The notes under the pieces were generated by a model. The model saw nothing but the letters and a program-made list of their open reading frames with translations. It was not told the DNA's origin and did not search any database. A program made the position numbers and the translations under genes. A stretch of DNA of 64,000 nucleotides from the human T2T-CHM13v2.0 reference genome, Homo sapiens. The stretch lies in NCBI RefSeq assembly GCF_009914755.1, contig NC_060932.1. One strand, written 5' to 3'. Each line of letters opens with the position of its first letter. Position 1 is the first letter of the stretch. Shown here piece by piece: positions 59,676 to 64,000 of this stretch.

Positions 59676-59899
59676 CATTATTCTAAATCTCCATAAATGA
59701 GTCATTATATCACACTGAGGCCCATGAATTTTGTCATAAAGTCTTTAATAACATTGTTTATATAGTTAGGAGCCTACCAAAAATATTTGCTCGGAAACTT
59801 GCCACTCTAGGAGCAGTGCTGTATAAGACCATGAGAGAGTTACTTAACTAGAAATTCCTCAATTTTCTTATCTCCAGAATGGACTGAAAAATAATGCCA

Positions 59900-60776
<877 letters not shown>

Positions 60777-62309
60777 AGAGGTTGTGAATATTAGACTAAG
60801 TTAATTAAATTAAAAGAATTGAATGAATGAAAACACATAAGGCACTTAGAATGATGCCTCCTACAAAATAAATGCATTTTTCTTATTGTCATTCTGATTA
60901 TTATCAACAATTATTTCAACAACTCTGTAACTTACCAAGATCTATGAGAACAGGGATTTCAGCAGAATTTCTCGCATATCTGTGAGTTTGTATGTGGGCG
61001 TTCACTGTGCTTGGGCCAGGGCAGCAGATGTTTGCCGTAAAGTTTTATTAATAACCTAACTTTCTCAGTTTTTCCATGCCAGCTATGCCACTTGGGTTGG
61101 GTTGTTATAACTTCTCTGCCTGGTGTGCGGAGATTGAGTATCAAGGCAGGAATATTTTAGTAGTCTGTGAACACAGGTCCTGTCAGCATTTTGTGCCTAA
61201 GGCTGAATTGTACTACATAGAGAAACCACAACACTTTAAAACTGTGTTACCTTTTTGTGTTACATAACATAGAGGTTTTAGGAGTTGATATCTCTGAATT
61301 TGATAGAATTCAGTCATTCTACAAAATGATCAAAACTTGGGCCTTGTGGTAATATCACTTCTCTTATGTAAAACTGTGCTGATATCCACAAGAGTATAAG
61401 AAATTAAAAACTGGAGGGGAAGGTGAGGAGAGGGTATACATTCCTGCTCAGACTAAAGCTTTCCGGACACTGGAGGTCCTAGAATGCCAGATAGAATGAA
61501 GAGGCTGTACACACTGAAACTTCAAAAGGCCTATGAAACTCTTGGGCTTTCAACCAATATAATGTATTTTGTGTTAAACATCATTTGTACTGCCTGAGAA
61601 CACAGTTGTTTTTAAATGGGTGTGTTGAAAATATTTTCCTACATAAAAGTTTCTTTAAAGTAGGGCACAGTAGTTAGAAAACTTGTTCTTACTTAATTCT
61701 ATGCTATAATTTTCTACAGATTCATGATCTTGGGTAATGTTAGGTATCTCTAATACATAACACAGGAAGCAAGTGACCCAATTTTTAAAATATTGCACAT
61801 TCTAGTTGGCAAATATTATTAGAACCATACTGCCAAGGATTGGCATAGCTGGTTCATGATTACAGCTTTGGCTTGGGGAAACACAGAGAAGAGAAGAAGC
61901 TAGCAACTTCAGAACAATCAGAACATGTACCCTTTAATCAAGTATTATAAAAATTCTTGAAATAAAGTCATAAGGGAAGGTTGCAGAAAAACTAAAGTAT
62001 TTGCTTTCATTTACTAGAGATTTTAACAGAATGGCGTTTGAGGAGATGCAAGAATGTCACCAAGATTTCAACTGAAGTGGTAAAGGAAACCTATCTCTAG
62101 ATGAATAAGGAGAACAGCTGGTTGGATTTGGCAGGCTGAGACATCAAAGGCTGCAAGACAGGTGGCTGCAGGGGTGTCAGCTGAGATGCCGCTCCAGCTT
62201 GAAAGGTAAGAGACTCTTGGGAAAATTAAGGGGCCACATATATTATATTTTTCTTGTTCATCTTTTCTGGTCAGGCTTTTTTTAAATTTAATTTTATTTT
62301 AAGTTCAGT

Positions 62310-63590
62310 TTTTTTTTTGTTTATTTAACTATTTATTGATTTTTTTTTATTTCAATAGCTTCTGGAGTATGAATCATTTTTAGTTACATGAATAAATTGT
62401 GTAGGTGAAGTCTGAGATCTTAGTGCACCCATCACCTGACTAGTGTGCATACTACCCAATATGTAGTTTTTTATTTCTCACCCCTCTTATACCCTCCTGT
62501 TTCTGAGTCTCCAAAGTCCATTATACCACTCTGTATACCTTTGTGTACCCATAGCTTAGCTCCCACTTATAAGTGAGAACATATGATATTTGGTTTTCCA
62601 TTCTTGAGTTACTTCACTTAGAATAATGGCCTTCAGCTCCATCCAAGTTGCTGCAAAAGACATTATTTTGTTATTTTTATGGCAGATTAGTATTCCATAA
62701 TGTGTATATAACACAGTTTTTTAATTCCCTCATTGGTTGATGGGCACTTAGGTTGGTCCTATATCTTTGCAATTGTGAATTGTGCTGCAATAAATATGTG
62801 CATACAAGTGTCTGTTTGATATAATGACTTCTTTTCCTTTGGGAAGAGACCTAGTACTACTACTAGGTCTTGTTGGATCAAATGGTAGATCTACTTTTAG
62901 TTCTTTAAGGAATCTCCATACTGTTTCTCCATAGCGGTTATACTAATTTACATTCCCACCAGCAGTGTAAAAGCATTCCACTTTCACTGCATCCATGCCA
63001 ACATCTATTGTTTTTTGACCCTTTAATAGTGGCCATTGTTGCAGGAGTTAGGTGATATCTCACTATGTAATTTGCATTTCTCTGATGATTAATGATGTTG
63101 AGCATTTTTTCTTATGTTTATTTGTATATCCTCCTTTGAGAAATGTCTATTCATGTCATTTGTTCACTTTTTGATGGGATCATTTGTGCTTTTTTCTTGC
63201 TGATTTGTTTTAGAATCTCGATATTATTTCTTTGATGGATACATAGTTTGCAAATATTTTCTCCCATTCTGTGGGTAGTCTGTTTACTCTGCTGATTATT
63301 TCTTTTGCTGTGCAGAAGCTTTTTGCTTAATTAGGTCCAATTTAATTTAGTTTTGGTTTTATTGCATTTGCTTTTGGCATCTTAGTCATAAGTTATTGCC
63401 TAGACCAATGTGCAGAAGAGTTTTTCCCAGGTTCTTTCTAGAATCTGTGTAGTTTCAGGTCTTAGATTTAAGTCTTTGATCCATCTTGAGTTGATTTTTG
63501 CAAAAGGTGAGAGATAGGAGCCCAATTTCATTGTTCTACATTTGGCTAGCCTGTTTTCCCAGCACTGTTTATTAAGTAGGTCATCCTTTC
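62310..63590 (-). mobile_element. L1PB-type 3' fragment, 5'-truncated
   Basis: L1PB 3'UTR (tagtgcacccatcacc...tagcttagctcccacttataagtgag); ORF2 peptide [13 protein letters not shown]...[16 protein letters not shown]. Confidence 0.88.
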
Positions 63591-64000
63591 TTAGATTTAG
63601 GTTTAAGAGCAAGATTTTAACTCTTAGTTTTCTTTCCAGAGCTGTAACAAATTACATCTCATATTATAAAGGAACATACTCTATGCAAAAAGATAACTTT
63701 GTAAACTTCCCTGAAAATATTTTGTTAAATAAAAGGGACCCAAAGTAGTCAATGCCATCAACTCCAAATTCTATCTAAATGAACTGTAGTAGAGACATAG
63801 AGACAATTGGGAAGATATTTACCGCAAATATATTAAGTCCAGGGGCTGCAGCACTGAGACACTGGGAATGGTAGCAGGAGAGGTCCCAAACTTCAGTACT
63901 GCTCCAGGGTATGTCATTGGCTCTCAGCCCTACGCCAAACGTCCTGTGCTCTTGTCTTGTTTCCAAGACTCTTCCCTAGCCCTACGTTTGATTCTAATTC

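Overview
Primate (human or great-ape-like) nuclear DNA, AT-rich and CpG-depleted, mostly interspersed repeats. I find no convincing cellular protein-coding gene, RNA gene or CRISPR array, and nearly all ORFs in the supplied track are fragments or antisense by-products of retroelements. Main elements: (1) an internally deleted ERV9/HERV9 provirus (2713-10638, -) with two LTR12 LTRs and a 4-bp TSD; (2) a complete THE1B MaLR split by a 5'-inverted (twin-primed) L1PA3-like insertion; (3) nested L1PA/L1PB elements in which an Alu bridges a multi-kb deletion; (4) an old + strand L1M; (5) a very old ERVL/MaLR-type internal region with protease, tether, RNase H and integrase remnants but apparently no RT core; (6) a full-length L1PA7-like element with TSD; (7) several solo LTRs, about ten Alus, and MIR, L2 and DNA-transposon fragments. 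I do not see a new biological system. The notable observations are local rearrangement scars: an in-frame pol-env chimeric ORF, a ~200-bp templated duplication, a probable ancient L1 3' transduction and fold-back hairpins. Subfamily names come from recalled consensus sequences and need RepeatMasker/Dfam confirmation; boundaries of old repeats are approximate.
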